From: an uncultured virus (IMG/VR IMGVR_UViG_3300012017_001157) | Taxonomy: Duplodnaviria > Heunggongvirae > Uroviricota > Caudoviricetes | DNA: 64,000 nucleotides | Strand: one strand, 5' to 3' | Virus record (IMG/VR): IMGVR_UViG_3300012017_001157 | Location: 1-64,000 of that record | Shown here: one piece after another, positions 30,248-41,096 of the stretch | Layout: each line of letters begins with the position of its first letter | Position numbering within the stretch: position 1 is the first letter of the stretch | Program-made: the position numbers and the translations under genes | Notes under the pieces: model-generated | The model's input: only the letters and a program-made list of their open reading frames with translations | Told to the model about the DNA's origin: nothing | The model's database searches: none

Positions 30248-30511
30248 ATGGCCTTAGGAATGCTAGAGAACGAACGAGAACGAGCAGAGATCGCCAAGAT
30301 GGATCTGCAATCAGTCTACGGGCTGTGGAAGGAAGGGAAGCTCAGGCTCGCCCTTGCACGCCATGCAGCACAGGTGTGTGAATGCGATTGTGGAAATCGT
30401 GTGCAGTTGATGTGTGGGCAGAGCAACCACTGGGAGATGCGCCAATCCCTCGCATACGGTATGAAAGCCGATGGAGAAACGGTGCATGAGGGGATTATTT
30501 CTCAGGGGTAA
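30248..30511 (+). CDS. Hypothetical protein
   Basis: TTGACA-18-TATACT promoter and AGGAGG RBS upstream. Confidence 0.65.
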   Translation: MALGMLENERERAEIAKMDLQSVYGLWKEGKLRLALARHAAQVCECDCGNRVQLMCGQSNHWEMRQSLAYGMKADGETVHEGIISQG

Positions 30512-30995
30512 GCGATTGCTGTTTATGCACAGCGTTGTGGATATCTGATCGTGAATGTGCATAATGATGGGGTTGATGAATATAAAAGAGATGATAGTTT
30601 TGGTAGAGGGCGTGGCGGGTCGAAAACACTGCGACACCCCCCGCCCGAATCCCTCCCTCAACGCCCCTAGCGCATTCGTTGCGTTTTCCCTCGCAAACGT
30701 GAGTTATTGCAGCGCCTAATAGGGGGTTATTATAAAAACAGCAAACGGCAGCGAGCCTACTCCCAGACCACTAGGGATTTGCAACTTCTGCAACGAGGTT
30801 GCCCTGGTCTACGAGCAAGAAGATGAATCAAAAACGTTATTCGTCGTGTGCATGCGATGCATTAAGGACATCACTGCGGCACGGGACCCATACGGTTTCT
30901 ACCGGGAGCCAGAAGACTGAGTTATTTCGCCTCCTATTAAGGCTTCAGTTATTCGGCAGCCTATAATGCATAGAAGTTATTCACGATGCATATAC

Positions 30996-31071
30996 GGGGA
31001 CGTAGCTCAACGGTTAGAGCACCGAGCTTATATCTCGGCGGTTCCTGGTTCGAGTCCAGGCGTCCCTACCA
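30996..31071 (+). tRNA. tRNA-Ile(UAU)
   Basis: Acceptor GGGGACG/CGTCCCT, anticodon arm CCGAG-CT-TAT-AT-CTCGG, GGTTCGAGTCC, encoded CCA. Confidence 0.92.
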
Positions 31072-31267
31072 CACACCAGTTATTCACATCGCATATAGCG
31101 GGAGTTATTTCGCTTGCTATTAGGAGGGGGTCCGCAGGGCACGCTCAGACGTCGACGTAGGTGCCGATTTGCGCCACGGAGAGACGCGTTTATGTCGGGG
31201 GTAGTAGTTAGATACCCTTTGAGTTATTCAGGGGCTTATTATGCGAAGTTCCGCCGCCGCCCCCTGG

Positions 31268-31666
31268 CTAGAAAATTTGGCGAGGGTCGTCAGCCTGGTC
31301 GGGAACGAATCCCTTCTTCTCCAGTCCCTTGAAACAGAACTGGCACAAGAATGCTCCATATTCCTGCACGGTCGATGGGATCATGGTATAAAACGGCAGG
31401 CCTGGGTATCTGTCCTCACAGTCATAGCATTGATACTGTTCAATATCTTGGATGCGATCCTTCCCCTGGTCTGCGTCGATCTTCTCTCGCAGCCATTCGA
31501 GATCTTCTTCTGTCGGAGTGATCACGCCTCGGTCGCGAACGTCCATCCAATATCCAGATCGACCGTAGTGGGTCGACATGAAGCGGTATAACTCTTTCTT
31601 GGTCATGTTCCGAGCATCGGCCCACGACTCAACGATTTGGCGGAACTCTTTTGTTGATTGATTCAT
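31268..31666 (-). CDS. Hypothetical protein with CxxC motifs
   Basis: CYDC...CQFC. Confidence 0.5.
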   Translation of the reverse strand: MNQSTKEFRQIVESWADARNMTKKELYRFMSTHYGRSGYWMDVRDRGVITPTEEDLEWLREKIDADQGKDRIQDIEQYQCYDCEDRYPGLPFYTMIPSTVQEYGAFLCQFCFKGLEKKGFVPDQADDPRQIF

Positions 31667-31817
31667 CTTCGGATCGCCGTCATCGCGACGTAGCCAAGGG
31701 TTATTCCCACAATGCCTAGAATCCCGGCAACGTTGGGTGGTGCTGGTACTGCGGCTCCAACAAATCCAAATACTGCTCCAACACCTAGTCCAGTGGCCAA
31801 CGAGATTATTTCCTGCA

Positions 31818-33175
31818 TCATACGAGGATCTCCTTGATTGCTTCGGAAATCAGGTTCCGTGCCTCTGCCACAGTCATCAGTGGCGTGATGTCATAGTCCA
31901 CGATTACTTCGCTACAGTCAAGGCATTCCAACGCAAGGTTGTGTATGCCGCTGTGGTCGAATAGTAACTGATCGTTCTTCTCGAGGTCGGGGCCGTACAC
32001 CCCGACCTCAATGTGATGACCCTTGTGTTCGCTCATACTTCCACCAAGTCGTAGTCTTCTGCGCGCTCGTCCAGAATGCGCTCCAACTTATAGGACTCAA
32101 TGTCGCCGACAAACTCGCTGACCGACTTGCCACAGTCGTAGCACTCAATCGACGAGATGTAGCCACCGCCTTCTCCCATTGAGTAATCATTGGCGATGCC
32201 CAGTTGTACACCACCCATCCCCGATGGGGTATTGAACGCCTCAAACGATACGGAGATGTTGCCGAGGAAGTAGATCCCCTTTCGATCTCCATCGACGTGT
32301 CCAAGGTCACATGATTTATGAACCAACATACCTACCTCCTAAATGATTGTGTGGATTCCGTCTTCGTCAATCCACTCAGTTTCGAATACCTCTGGGAGCG
32401 CATACGCGTCCCACTCGCTAATGGGCGTAGCCTCGGCAATCCGCATCGCCTCACCACGCGCCTCTGGAACGTCCTTCGCCTCAATCTCAACGTCGAGATA
32501 GAGCGGGTACTGTACCTTCACCGTGAACTTCATGCTTCGACTCCTTCCTTGCCGTAGCGAGCGCAGGACTCACAGCCCTCGCACTCCTCATTACCCAAGA
32601 CCACCTGCGCTGCGTGGAAGATCTCCTCGCAGGAGAAGTCATGATCACATGAGATCGTGGACTTGATGTTGTCGTCCATGCTGACCCGCGTAAGGAACGC
32701 GTCCTTCTCGCGGTTCTCGACTTGGAGAACATCCCACCCATAGCAGATCTCTGCCGCGGCGAATCGACCATCAAGCGCGTCAAACGCATTGTGGTAGTAC
32801 GCCACGGTGAGCCCCTGCTTGTTCATCTCAAACAGGATGAACTTATCGAGGTTTTCCGTTTCGCGGTACCAGATCGACAGGTTCTCATTTGCGGTGATGC
32901 TTTCGTCATGAATCAACTCCCACATGCTACAACTCCTCGTTGATCAGGAACGGCTCGCCTTCGGTGCCGTCTTCATTGACCTCGACGATCGACGTGGCAA
33001 TCGAGTTGCCTTCCAAGAACGTCCACTCGCCAAGGCCTTGATCCGCGGCATCTGCCGCAATCGCGGTAAGCAACTGCTCACCTTCCAAGCCAAGCAAGTC
33101 GCCGTCCTCATAAGACAACTCTGCCAAGAAGTCATCGACCTTCTGGATGAATACGCGGTATCGCTTCATGGTCAT
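31818..33175 (-). CDS. Operon of five small acidic hypothetical proteins (31818-32036, 32033-32329, 32339-32533, 32530-32925, 32927-33175)
   Basis: Coupled starts and stops, AGGAG RBSs, Asp/Glu-rich, several CxxC. Confidence 0.65.
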
Positions 33176-33514
33176 ACCTCCTTACAGCCCGATAAACCAA
33201 AGCAGGAACCAACCCGCTCGCTTTGACCTTCGCCCCATGCGCCTTCGTGCCATTGCGTACCTCCTTGTTATTGCGCGCCGTCATTTGTGCGGCGTGAGCG
33301 GAGTATGGCACAGAAGTTATAAGGCGGTCAAGTTGGCCTACCGAAGTTCAGTTATTATTCGGGGGTCGTTTTGGGGGAGGACTTGACAAGATGTTTTTTT
33401 TGGGGTAGCCGAGCTTCCGCAGAAGCGAGGGTCGAACCCGAGGGCTTGACACAAGTTATAGCGATCGCTTACAATCCCCCTACGGCAGTTAGCCGTAGGC
33501 ATAAGGAGGAAGTT

Positions 33515-33847
33515 ATGGCAGTGGAAACAATCGCTCAGTTATTGAGCAGCAGAGATCAGTTGGTCAAGGAGCGACTCGGTTTGAGCCGCGACCAGATTGA
33601 ACGGCACTACCTTCGGACAGAAATGGTTGAACCGCTTATTGGCGCAACGATTATTGGGGGCACGGTGTTAGGCGATGGCGGTGCTGACCCCTACATGCCA
33701 GTGTTATTTGTAGAGCAGGGCGGCAAGCGTTATTCCCTTGTTATTTCATCTGATGATGAGGCGAACGATGGTGGTCGAATCTTCGTAGAGGGTGGACATG
33801 TTGTTATGACCCCTGATGGAGTTAGCGCAATGTCCTTCGATCGCTAA
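33515..33847 (+). CDS. Hypothetical protein, first plus-strand cassette
   Basis: TTGACA-18-TACAAT, 5' hairpin, AAGGAGG RBS. Confidence 0.75.
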   Translation: MAVETIAQLLSSRDQLVKERLGLSRDQIERHYLRTEMVEPLIGATIIGGTVLGDGGADPYMPVLFVEQGGKRYSLVISSDDEANDGGRIFVEGGHVVMTPDGVSAMSFDR

Positions 33848-33989
33848 AAACGCAAAATTTTAGTTCGCCCTCAACTGGCCGCGGCCAGTTGAGATAGAAC
33901 TCTGGCTGGCAACTTGACCGATGGCTAGAAGTTGCCTTACAATCTAGGGGCAGGGGCTTCCCTGTCTGTGATACAAGGAGGAAAGAAAG

Positions 33990-34802
33990 ATGCCTAACTG
34001 GTGTGTGAACCAAGTAGACATTAGCGGCGACGAAGCAGAGGTCGCAAGGTTGGTTGAGTTTGTGAAGGGCAGCGAGGGCGACTTCGACTTTGCGAAGATT
34101 GTGCCGCCACCCGATAGCAAGTTCTACGCAATCAACGAGGGTCAGAACGATTTCCAATGCGGCTGTAAGCAGGTGTGGGTTGAGCGAGATGACCTACCAG
34201 AAATCGTTTCGTACACCGATAACGACGGCAAAGATGTAATGCGAAAGCAGGGCGAGTGGTGCGTTGATGGTATTCCAGTTGTGAAGGAAGAATCAAGCAA
34301 CGGCACAATCCAAGATGATACCGCCCTGATGTTTGGCGGTACGCCAGTGTGTCCGATTCACAAGGTCAAGCAGAACTCATCGCACCCAGACTGGTGGTAC
34401 AACTGGAATGTTTCTAACTGGGGCTCCAAGTGGAACTGCGGTGAAGTATGGAGCGACCGCGGCGATGACGATAGCAAGATTGACGGAATCGTTTCGTACA
34501 ACTTTGATACGGCTTGGGCTCCTGCGGAGCCTGTGATTGCCGCGCTCGCCAAGCAGTTTCCAACGCTCGCAATCGCTCACCGATACTGCGAAGGCGGTAT
34601 GGGTTTCGCGGGTGAGATTGTGTACGAGAACGGAGAGGTTGTAAGCGTAAGTGATTACAACGCAGATGATTTGCCAGACGAAGCATGGCACAAGGGCGAG
34701 GACGACGAGATTGAGTACGGCGAGCGTGATTATGATGCCGTACCAATGAACGAGTTTGAGAAGTTCTGTGATAAACACTTCGGCGGCGTTGTCGGGGGCT
34801 GA
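33990..34802 (+). CDS. YubB/DUF1281-like ferredoxin-fold protein
   Basis: MPNWC.N, FDF.KIVP.P, WY.WN..NWG.KWN, FDTAW.P, Y.E.G..FAG. Confidence 0.8.
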   Translation: MPNWCVNQVDISGDEAEVARLVEFVKGSEGDFDFAKIVPPPDSKFYAINEGQNDFQCGCKQVWVERDDLPEIVSYTDNDGKDVMRKQGEWCVDGIPVVKEESSNGTIQDDTALMFGGTPVCPIHKVKQNSSHPDWWYNWNVSNWGSKWNCGEVWSDRGDDDSKIDGIVSYNFDTAWAPAEPVIAALAKQFPTLAIAHRYCEGGMGFAGEIVYENGEVVSVSDYNADDLPDEAWHKGEDDEIEYGERDYDAVPMNEFEKFCDKHFGGVVGG

Positions 34803-34994
34803 TTAGATACAGGGCTGATGAAATCACAGCGTTAGCCCGAGTGTGAATAAGCCTCGCCAGAAATGGCGGGGCTTATTTATTATTGTTCGCGCCCAGACAC
34901 CGGCGGGTGTCTGGGGTAGACCATTTGACAGGTCGCTATGACCCGTGAGAAAATCAAGTGGTCGGGGATTCCCGATAGAAAGTAAGGAGGCTGT

Positions 34995-35540
34995 ATGCCG
35001 CTCAACTGGTCAGTAAAAAATGTAAAGAACGCGGACGATGTTTGCTACCGAACGGCAACAAGGAGCAGCGCCCATGACGGCACGACTCGCGGTGAGGAGT
35101 ACCTTCATCCGATCACCAACTCGATTATCTGGCACACGATGAGCATTGGGCTCAACGAGATCACGCCAGAGAATCTTGACGAGTGGGAGAAGCGCATGGC
35201 GCTCGCTTACTCGGTCGCATGGATCGACAAGAGCGTTGTGTTTGCTGGGTATGAAGACGACGGAAACATCAAGTGTGCACCGCGCATGATTACCAGAGCA
35301 GACTTGGAGCAGCACATCGGACTGGAAACCAACGCTTCATACGAAACCGCTGGCGCTTGGCGCAAGCGCGTTATGGAGCGCATGGAGCATGAGGGTCTGA
35401 AAGAACTGAAATACGCAGAGGAGCACAACCCTGATCTCGACGCAATCACGCACAAGGAGAGCATCGAACTGCGCGACGCAATCCGAGCGGGAAAGATTAC
35501 AAAGGAAGAGGCTGCGCTGCCAGAGAATCAGCCAGTCTGA
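34995..35540 (+). CDS. Hypothetical protein
   Basis: Own promoter, AAGGAGG RBS and terminator (35561-35593). Confidence 0.8.
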   Translation: MPLNWSVKNVKNADDVCYRTATRSSAHDGTTRGEEYLHPITNSIIWHTMSIGLNEITPENLDEWEKRMALAYSVAWIDKSVVFAGYEDDGNIKCAPRMITRADLEQHIGLETNASYETAGAWRKRVMERMEHEGLKELKYAEEHNPDLDAITHKESIELRDAIRAGKITKEEAALPENQPV

Positions 35541-35702
35541 TCTTCGAGATCAAGTAATCAAGCGGGCCGCCTTCGGGCGGCTCGTTTGTTTTTGTTCTCG
35601 CCCAAGGAGCTGCGGCTCCTTGGGGTAGAACGCTTGACGGCTGGGCTTTGGGTATGCGACAATCCACTAGGCGGCACTTGCCGTTGTAGTAAGGAGGCTA
35701 AA

Positions 35703-36463
35703 ATGGCAGTAAGTTGGGACAAGGTTGAGGAGATGGTGGGAATCGCAAAGGGTATCGGCTTTGACGATTGCCACAAAATCTATGTTCTGCTTGACGACGC
35801 GCAGGTGGAGCAGATGAAGGAGTATGGCTACACGACGCTCATTGAGGCAAAAGATTCCGACCCTAACGAAATGTTGAGTACGATTATGGAGTGGTACGAG
35901 AACTCTTGCTCGCTGCGATTCGTTCAGGCGATTGCGACCGTACACCCAGACAAGAATCCTAACGATGGATTCTTCTCGTTGATTGAGCAGGGCGCAGAGT
36001 GGGAGGGCGACAATGAGTAAGTGGATCGTTGTCCTACAACACACTGGCTATCGCGAGTTTGAGGTGGAAGCCTTGGATCAGGGCGAGGCAGAGGGCAAGG
36101 CGTTTGAGTTGGCAGAGGAGCCAGCACCTTGGGACACTACGCCAGAGATTATTGTTTGGAGCGCGGAGGAGATTACCGATGAGCGGTGAACTTCACGCGT
36201 GTACGCGCTGCTCGGCTCCGCTTGTTTACTCCGATGAGAAAGTCATCGGTGCGTGGAACGGCGAGCCGAACACGCGCTTTGATGTTCTGGACTTTGATCA
36301 GTATGAGAGCGGTGTGCCAGAGGGTTATCTGGTTTACTGCTTGGACTGCGCTCCCTGCGAGTGTGAGTTTCACCCGCCATTTATGTCGGACGCGGAAGCG
36401 CGAGATGAAGGCTGGTGCTTTATCCCGAACTGCGACTTTGTAGAAGCGCACCGACACGCATAA
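35703..36463 (+). CDS. Three-gene cassette of small acidic hypotheticals (35703-36020, 36013-36189, 36179-36463)
   Basis: Overlapping starts and stops behind one promoter. Confidence 0.75.
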
Positions 36464-36581
36464 AGATAATAGTTCGGCTCCAAAGGGCCGCGGCCCTTTG
36501 GACTAGAACTTGACGCAATCTCGGGAAGTATGCGACAATCCACCTAGCGGCAGTTGCCGTTGAGAAAAAAGGAGGACGCAA

Positions 36582-37547
36582 ATGGCACACGAAGTAGAAA
36601 CGATGGCATACAACGCGGAAAGGGGCGCGCCGTGGCACAAACTCGGCGTTGCCAATAATGGACTCACAACGAGCGCGGAGATGATCGTTGCGGCTGGTCT
36701 TGATTGGGCAGTAAAGCAGCAACCGATCTTCACAACGCTTGACGGCAAGCAGATTGCGATCAACGGCAAGCGCGCAAATGTTCGCAGCACCGATGGTTCG
36801 GTCTTGGGCGTTGTCGGTGATCGCTACACGCCAATCCAGAACGACGAGATGATGTCGTTCGCGGACGCGTTGCTTGACGAGGGCGCACGCTACGAGTCGG
36901 CGGGTTCGCTCAAAGGTGGGCAGATCGTCTTCTCCGCGTTGGAGATTCCAGAGAAGATCAAGATCAAGGGCGACAATGGTGATACCAACACCTACCTTGT
37001 GATTGCCAATGGGCACAACGGCTTGTTCCCACTCAAAGCGATGATTACGCCAATCCGCGTTGTTTGTATGAACACGCTCAACGCAGCGTTGGGCAGCGCG
37101 AAGATGTCGTTCACACTTCGCCACACCGCGAAGATTGAGGAGAAAGTCGCAGAGGCGAAGCGCGCACTCGGACTTGCCGCAAGCGCGGTTGAGGAGTTTT
37201 CGGTCATCGGCTCGCGTATGATCGCGGAGAAGATGGATCGCGACGAAGCGTTCCGCGTGATTACGCGCATCTTCCCGCTGTCGGAGTCGGAGAAGCGTGA
37301 GAAGGAAGTAATGTCGGAGCGAGCGAAGGCAACAATCGCGATTCTCAATAACGCGGAGAATCTAGAAGGTTTGCGCGATACGAAGTGGGGCGTATACAAC
37401 GCCATCGCCGAGTATCTGGACTATGGCGTTTCGTATCGCGGCGGGGTACGCTCTTCTGCTTCGGACGCTCGTGCTTCTAGCGTAATGCTAGACACAGGTT
37501 TCGCAGCGAAGACAAAGCGCGAGGCAGTCCTCGCGCTTTCCCGATGA
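36582..37547 (+). CDS. DUF932 / TIGR03299-type phage-plasmid protein
   Basis: PWH.LG, AGLDW.V, Y.P.QN, AGSLKGG, TPIRVVC.NTL, T.WG.YNA..EY.D. Confidence 0.85.
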   Translation: MAHEVETMAYNAERGAPWHKLGVANNGLTTSAEMIVAAGLDWAVKQQPIFTTLDGKQIAINGKRANVRSTDGSVLGVVGDRYTPIQNDEMMSFADALLDEGARYESAGSLKGGQIVFSALEIPEKIKIKGDNGDTNTYLVIANGHNGLFPLKAMITPIRVVCMNTLNAALGSAKMSFTLRHTAKIEEKVAEAKRALGLAASAVEEFSVIGSRMIAEKMDRDEAFRVITRIFPLSESEKREKEVMSERAKATIAILNNAENLEGLRDTKWGVYNAIAEYLDYGVSYRGGVRSSASDARASSVMLDTGFAAKTKREAVLALSR

Positions 37548-37772
37548 TTGAGTTGTTTTGGGGCTTTCTTCTTCTGCTCGCTTCGTTTACATACGCAATC
37601 GTTAGCGAAGTAAGAAAGTAGCCCAAGAAAAACAAGCCCCCTTCGGGGGGCTTGTTTTTTGTTCAGCCCCAAATGGCCGCGGCCATTTGGGTTAGAACCC
37701 CTTGACGGCTGACGGCAAATCTGCTTACAATGGTGTTGCCCCGCTTGGGGTTTGTAATAAAGGAGGCTGGAA

Positions 37773-38419
37773 ATGGGATACGACATCTACTCGCTGCTAC
37801 CAGACCGAAAGGCTGCGGCTGAACACGCAAAGAAGCACCGCTCAATGTGGGTAAACGAGGACGGCTCGTATGACGAGAAGGCTCCCGATACGCTCTACTT
37901 CCGTCTGAACATCTGGGGTATGCCGATGTTGCGTGAGTTCCACGATGCGATTGGCTTTGACGAGGTGAACGAGAATCTACTTGATAATAGCGGCGAGGTC
38001 ATCAAGGACTATGAGTGCCGCGCACTCTCCGAGAAAATCGCGTCTATGAGCGATGAGCAAATCAAAAACGAAATGATTGCCATAATCGCAAACAATCCGT
38101 TTATGGACGACCACACGAAGGCGTTCCCAAGCGAGGAGGCGACTTCGTGGGTTGGTCTTATCCGAGAGTGGCAGGCGTTCTTGGAGAAGTGCGCTGACCT
38201 GAAAGGGTGTGAGGTATTGTGAGCCGCCTATTCCCCACATCTAAACGAAAGCCCTGCGACTGCCCGATGGATAGGCGGGAAGAGCATTGGCTTTGGTCTG
38301 ACTGCGACAAGCATTTAGAGGACTGCTATGTGGTGTGGTGTCAAGAGTGCGACATCTACTCGGCAGACTGCGATAACGGAGGATTGACTTGGCGTGAAAT
38401 CCCAAGCGACTGGAAGTAA
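37773..38419 (+). CDS. Two-gene cassette of hypotheticals (37773-38222, 38219-38419)
   Basis: MGYDIY...YFRLNIW family-type start; second ORF Cys-rich. Confidence 0.75.
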
Positions 38420-38538
38420 ATAAATAGTTCGCCCCCAGATGGCGGCGGCCATCTGGGATAGAACCTCTTGACGGATAGAAGCAAGTGGATTTACAATAGG
38501 GCTACCCCGCTTGGGGTGCTGCGAACAAGGAGGCAACA

Positions 38539-39032
38539 ATGGCGTACCTACAAGGCTCAATGACGATGTGTGGCAACGGAGATTGCTACTACGACCAATG
38601 CGAGTGCGAAACGCACGACCACCCGCTCGTTCAGGAGTGCGAGGGCGAGGAAGTGCTGCGACTTGATAAGCGTTGCCCATTTGAGGGCAAGGAGCGAAAG
38701 TTCCCCTATGGCTGGAACGGCGCAGAATACGCCTATGATGAAGTTCGTAATCTCTGCGATGACTGCTATGGTGCGCTTTAATGAGCGACCACTTTGAGAT
38801 TCCTGTTGGCGACCAGCAAGAAGCCGACGAGCGGACGCACCCCTGCGGCGATTGCGGTGAGGTCGTTGAGGATTGGTATCTTGCCGACAACAACTCCTCT
38901 GGGACGCTGCGAGTCTACTGCGGAAAGTGCGAGGAACACCGATCAGACAAGTACGGCTGCGCGATGATTCTTTCCGAAGGCGTGATGTGCCAAGACGGAG
39001 CGTGCGGCTGCGGCGGGACTGGCGTGTATTGA
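38539..39032 (+). CDS. Two small Cys-rich (Zn-binding) hypotheticals (38539-38781, 38781-39032)
   Basis: Multiple CxxC motifs; TAATG coupling. Confidence 0.7.
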
Positions 39033-39153
39033 GCAATAAATAGTTCGCCCCCAAGCACCCGCGGGTGCTTGGGCTGGAACATTTGACGGACAGCCCGAGG
39101 TATGGGACAATCCGATTGTCGGAAGTACCGACGCTGCGAATAAGGAGGAATGT

Positions 39154-39420
39154 ATGTCAACACCGATCGCTTGGCAGTTTGACGCTTCCGTTCATTGCCT
39201 AGCCTGCGCGAAGGCACGCTTCGGCGATACGCTTGACAGCGAAGACACGAAGGATAACGAGGGCAATAATCTTCACCCTGTCTTTGACTGGGACGAAGTA
39301 AACTGGTGCGGTGAATCTTGTGGGACTTGCCTTGAGTGGGCGATTGATCCCGTTGATCACGAGCCGTTCAGTTGCCTGCTAGGATACGACTGCCGCAAGC
39401 CACAAGCCGCGGCACTATGA
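39154..39420 (+). CDS. Small Cys-rich hypothetical
   Basis: HC..CA...D.EGN..HPVF...C..C; own promoter and RBS. Confidence 0.75.
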   Translation: MSTPIAWQFDASVHCLACAKARFGDTLDSEDTKDNEGNNLHPVFDWDEVNWCGESCGTCLEWAIDPVDHEPFSCLLGYDCRKPQAAAL

Positions 39421-39612
39421 CTACGGCGTAGGATAGAGCCTCCCCTACGCCCCAACAGAGGGATCAAGTTGATCGCAGCCAACTTGATCCCTCTTTTTTG
39501 TTCGCCTCAAACGGGCCGCGGCCCGTTTGACTAGAACCTCTTGACGACCTAGTGGTCGCTGTTGTACCCTTGTCTTGCGGCGAAGTAGTGCCGCAGAAAG
39601 AGGAGGCAAGAA

Positions 39613-40175
39613 ATGGGAAAGGGAGATAAGTCCGACTTCGCGGACTTCTCGTTCGTAAGCGAGGGAAGGATTGCCCTCATCACCCCACTCACAGCAGAGG
39701 CTCGCTCGTGGCTGCGCGATAGGGTGGACTCGGAGGCGACCTATTGGGGTCAGGCTCTTGTCGTTGAGCCGCGCTATGCCGAACCGATTCTGGAAGGAAT
39801 CGCGGCAGACGGATTCTCCGTTCTGGGTTGCGTATGAGCAGGGAAGACGCAGCCTTCTACACCTATCACGAGGACGACGAGGCGATCAAAGACCTCGGCG
39901 ACTATCTGGTGTTCAGGTGTGGCGTGATGAACATTAGGTACAAACGAGATAATGGGCAGTTTGTCCATCTTCGCACGACGAGGGACTTGGAAGATGTCGG
40001 CATAGACTCCGACGAGAAACTCGCAGAGGCGGAGAAAGACATTGAGCGATTTGAGTGGATAAATAACTCGTGGTTTGAGTTGATCCACAAATCCGAACTA
40101 GGCGAAGGATACGAACACCCTGTCTTCTATTCGTTGAGCGACGCAATCGCTTCCGCAGAAGCACCAGCAAACTAA
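39613..40175 (+). CDS. Two hypotheticals (39613-39837, 39834-40175)
   Basis: AGGAGG RBS; ATGA coupling. Confidence 0.75.
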
Positions 40176-40268
40176 ATAAATAGTTCGGCTCCAATCACCC
40201 GCCGGTGATTGGAATGGAACTGAAATAGGTGCTTGACAGGTCTGGCGAGGGTGTGGGAGAATCCCCTT

Positions 40269-40497
40269 GTCGGAAGCGATTCTAGATGAAGCGACACCGA
40301 CTAGGTGAGACTCTGGACGAGCGAGCAGATGCCGCAGCCAAAAAATGCGGGTATAGAGACGCAAAGGACGATGACCGCTAGGTGCCAATGGATCGGCGGA
40401 GCGGAAGGAAAAGGAGTCGGGGGAAGTGATTAGCCCCCGATGAATAATCCGAAACGAGACCCCCAGAGCGACGGCTCTGGGGGTTTCGTGCTTTATT
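40269..40497 (+). ncRNA. Putative non-coding RNA cassette (about 230 nt)
   Basis: Type-A element, TTGACA-18-GAGAAT promoter and terminator, but no AAGGAGG-ATG; only a 31-codon ORF (40286-40381) lacking a clear RBS. Confidence 0.5.
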
Positions 40498-40609
40498 AGG
40501 TTCAGCTGGAACAGGCGGCGGCCTGTTCCAATAGAACCTCTTGACACCTTGCAAGAAGTTTGATTACAATGGGTTCACCCCACTTGGGGCGGTAGCAGAG
40601 GAGGCTAAA

Positions 40610-40948
40610 ATGTTCAAGGCTCTGGCAGTTTCACTCAAGGCAAGCGACTTCACGAAGTTCCAGTGCTCGCAGGGCACTTGCGAGGGCGATTGGCTCGTTG
40701 AGCCAAATGTCGCTTCTCGTCTTGACGGATACGATCTGAAGTTCGCTGAAATCTACGGCGATATGTTGGATGGGTTCGCTCAGCCAGACGAGATGATCTC
40801 AACTGAACTTGATGGGACTTACGACAGGTTCGGCAACATCGTCGTCCACTGGCGCAACGATGGATTCATTGACTTCGTTGCCTTCTCAGAGGCGTGGGCA
40901 GCCGAGCGCGAGATGGCTGACATCATCGCGCTCCACCAAGCCGAGTAG
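40610..40948 (+). CDS. Acidic hypothetical protein
   Basis: Own promoter, RBS and cUUCGg terminator. Confidence 0.75.
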   Translation: MFKALAVSLKASDFTKFQCSQGTCEGDWLVEPNVASRLDGYDLKFAEIYGDMLDGFAQPDEMISTELDGTYDRFGNIVVHWRNDGFIDFVAFSEAWAAEREMADIIALHQAE

Positions 40949-41096
40949 TCCAGAAAGCAAAGATGCCGCCTTCGGGCGGCATTTTTGTTCGGCTCCAAGT
41001 GGCCGCCGCCACTTGGAATAGAACCCTTGACGGCTGGCTAGGTGTTCGCTTAGAATCGGAGTACCCCGATTGGGGCAGAGTAGCAAGGAGGCAGAA

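Noticed and set aside
33400..33437. Eighteenth type-A element before the first cassette
   Set aside because: Only a 5-bp stem (gcttc/gaagc) and a GAAC remain; probably degenerate, so not counted
34811..34850. Hammerhead ribozyme core CTGATGA
   Set aside because: No correctly placed GAAA or stems I/III; the segment forms a simple hairpin gggctgatg/cgttagccc
40325..40405. c-di-GMP-I (GEMM) riboswitch-like word GACGCAAAG
   Set aside because: Only this word matches; the GNRA tetraloop/receptor and P2 consensus are not evident. An Infernal scan would settle it
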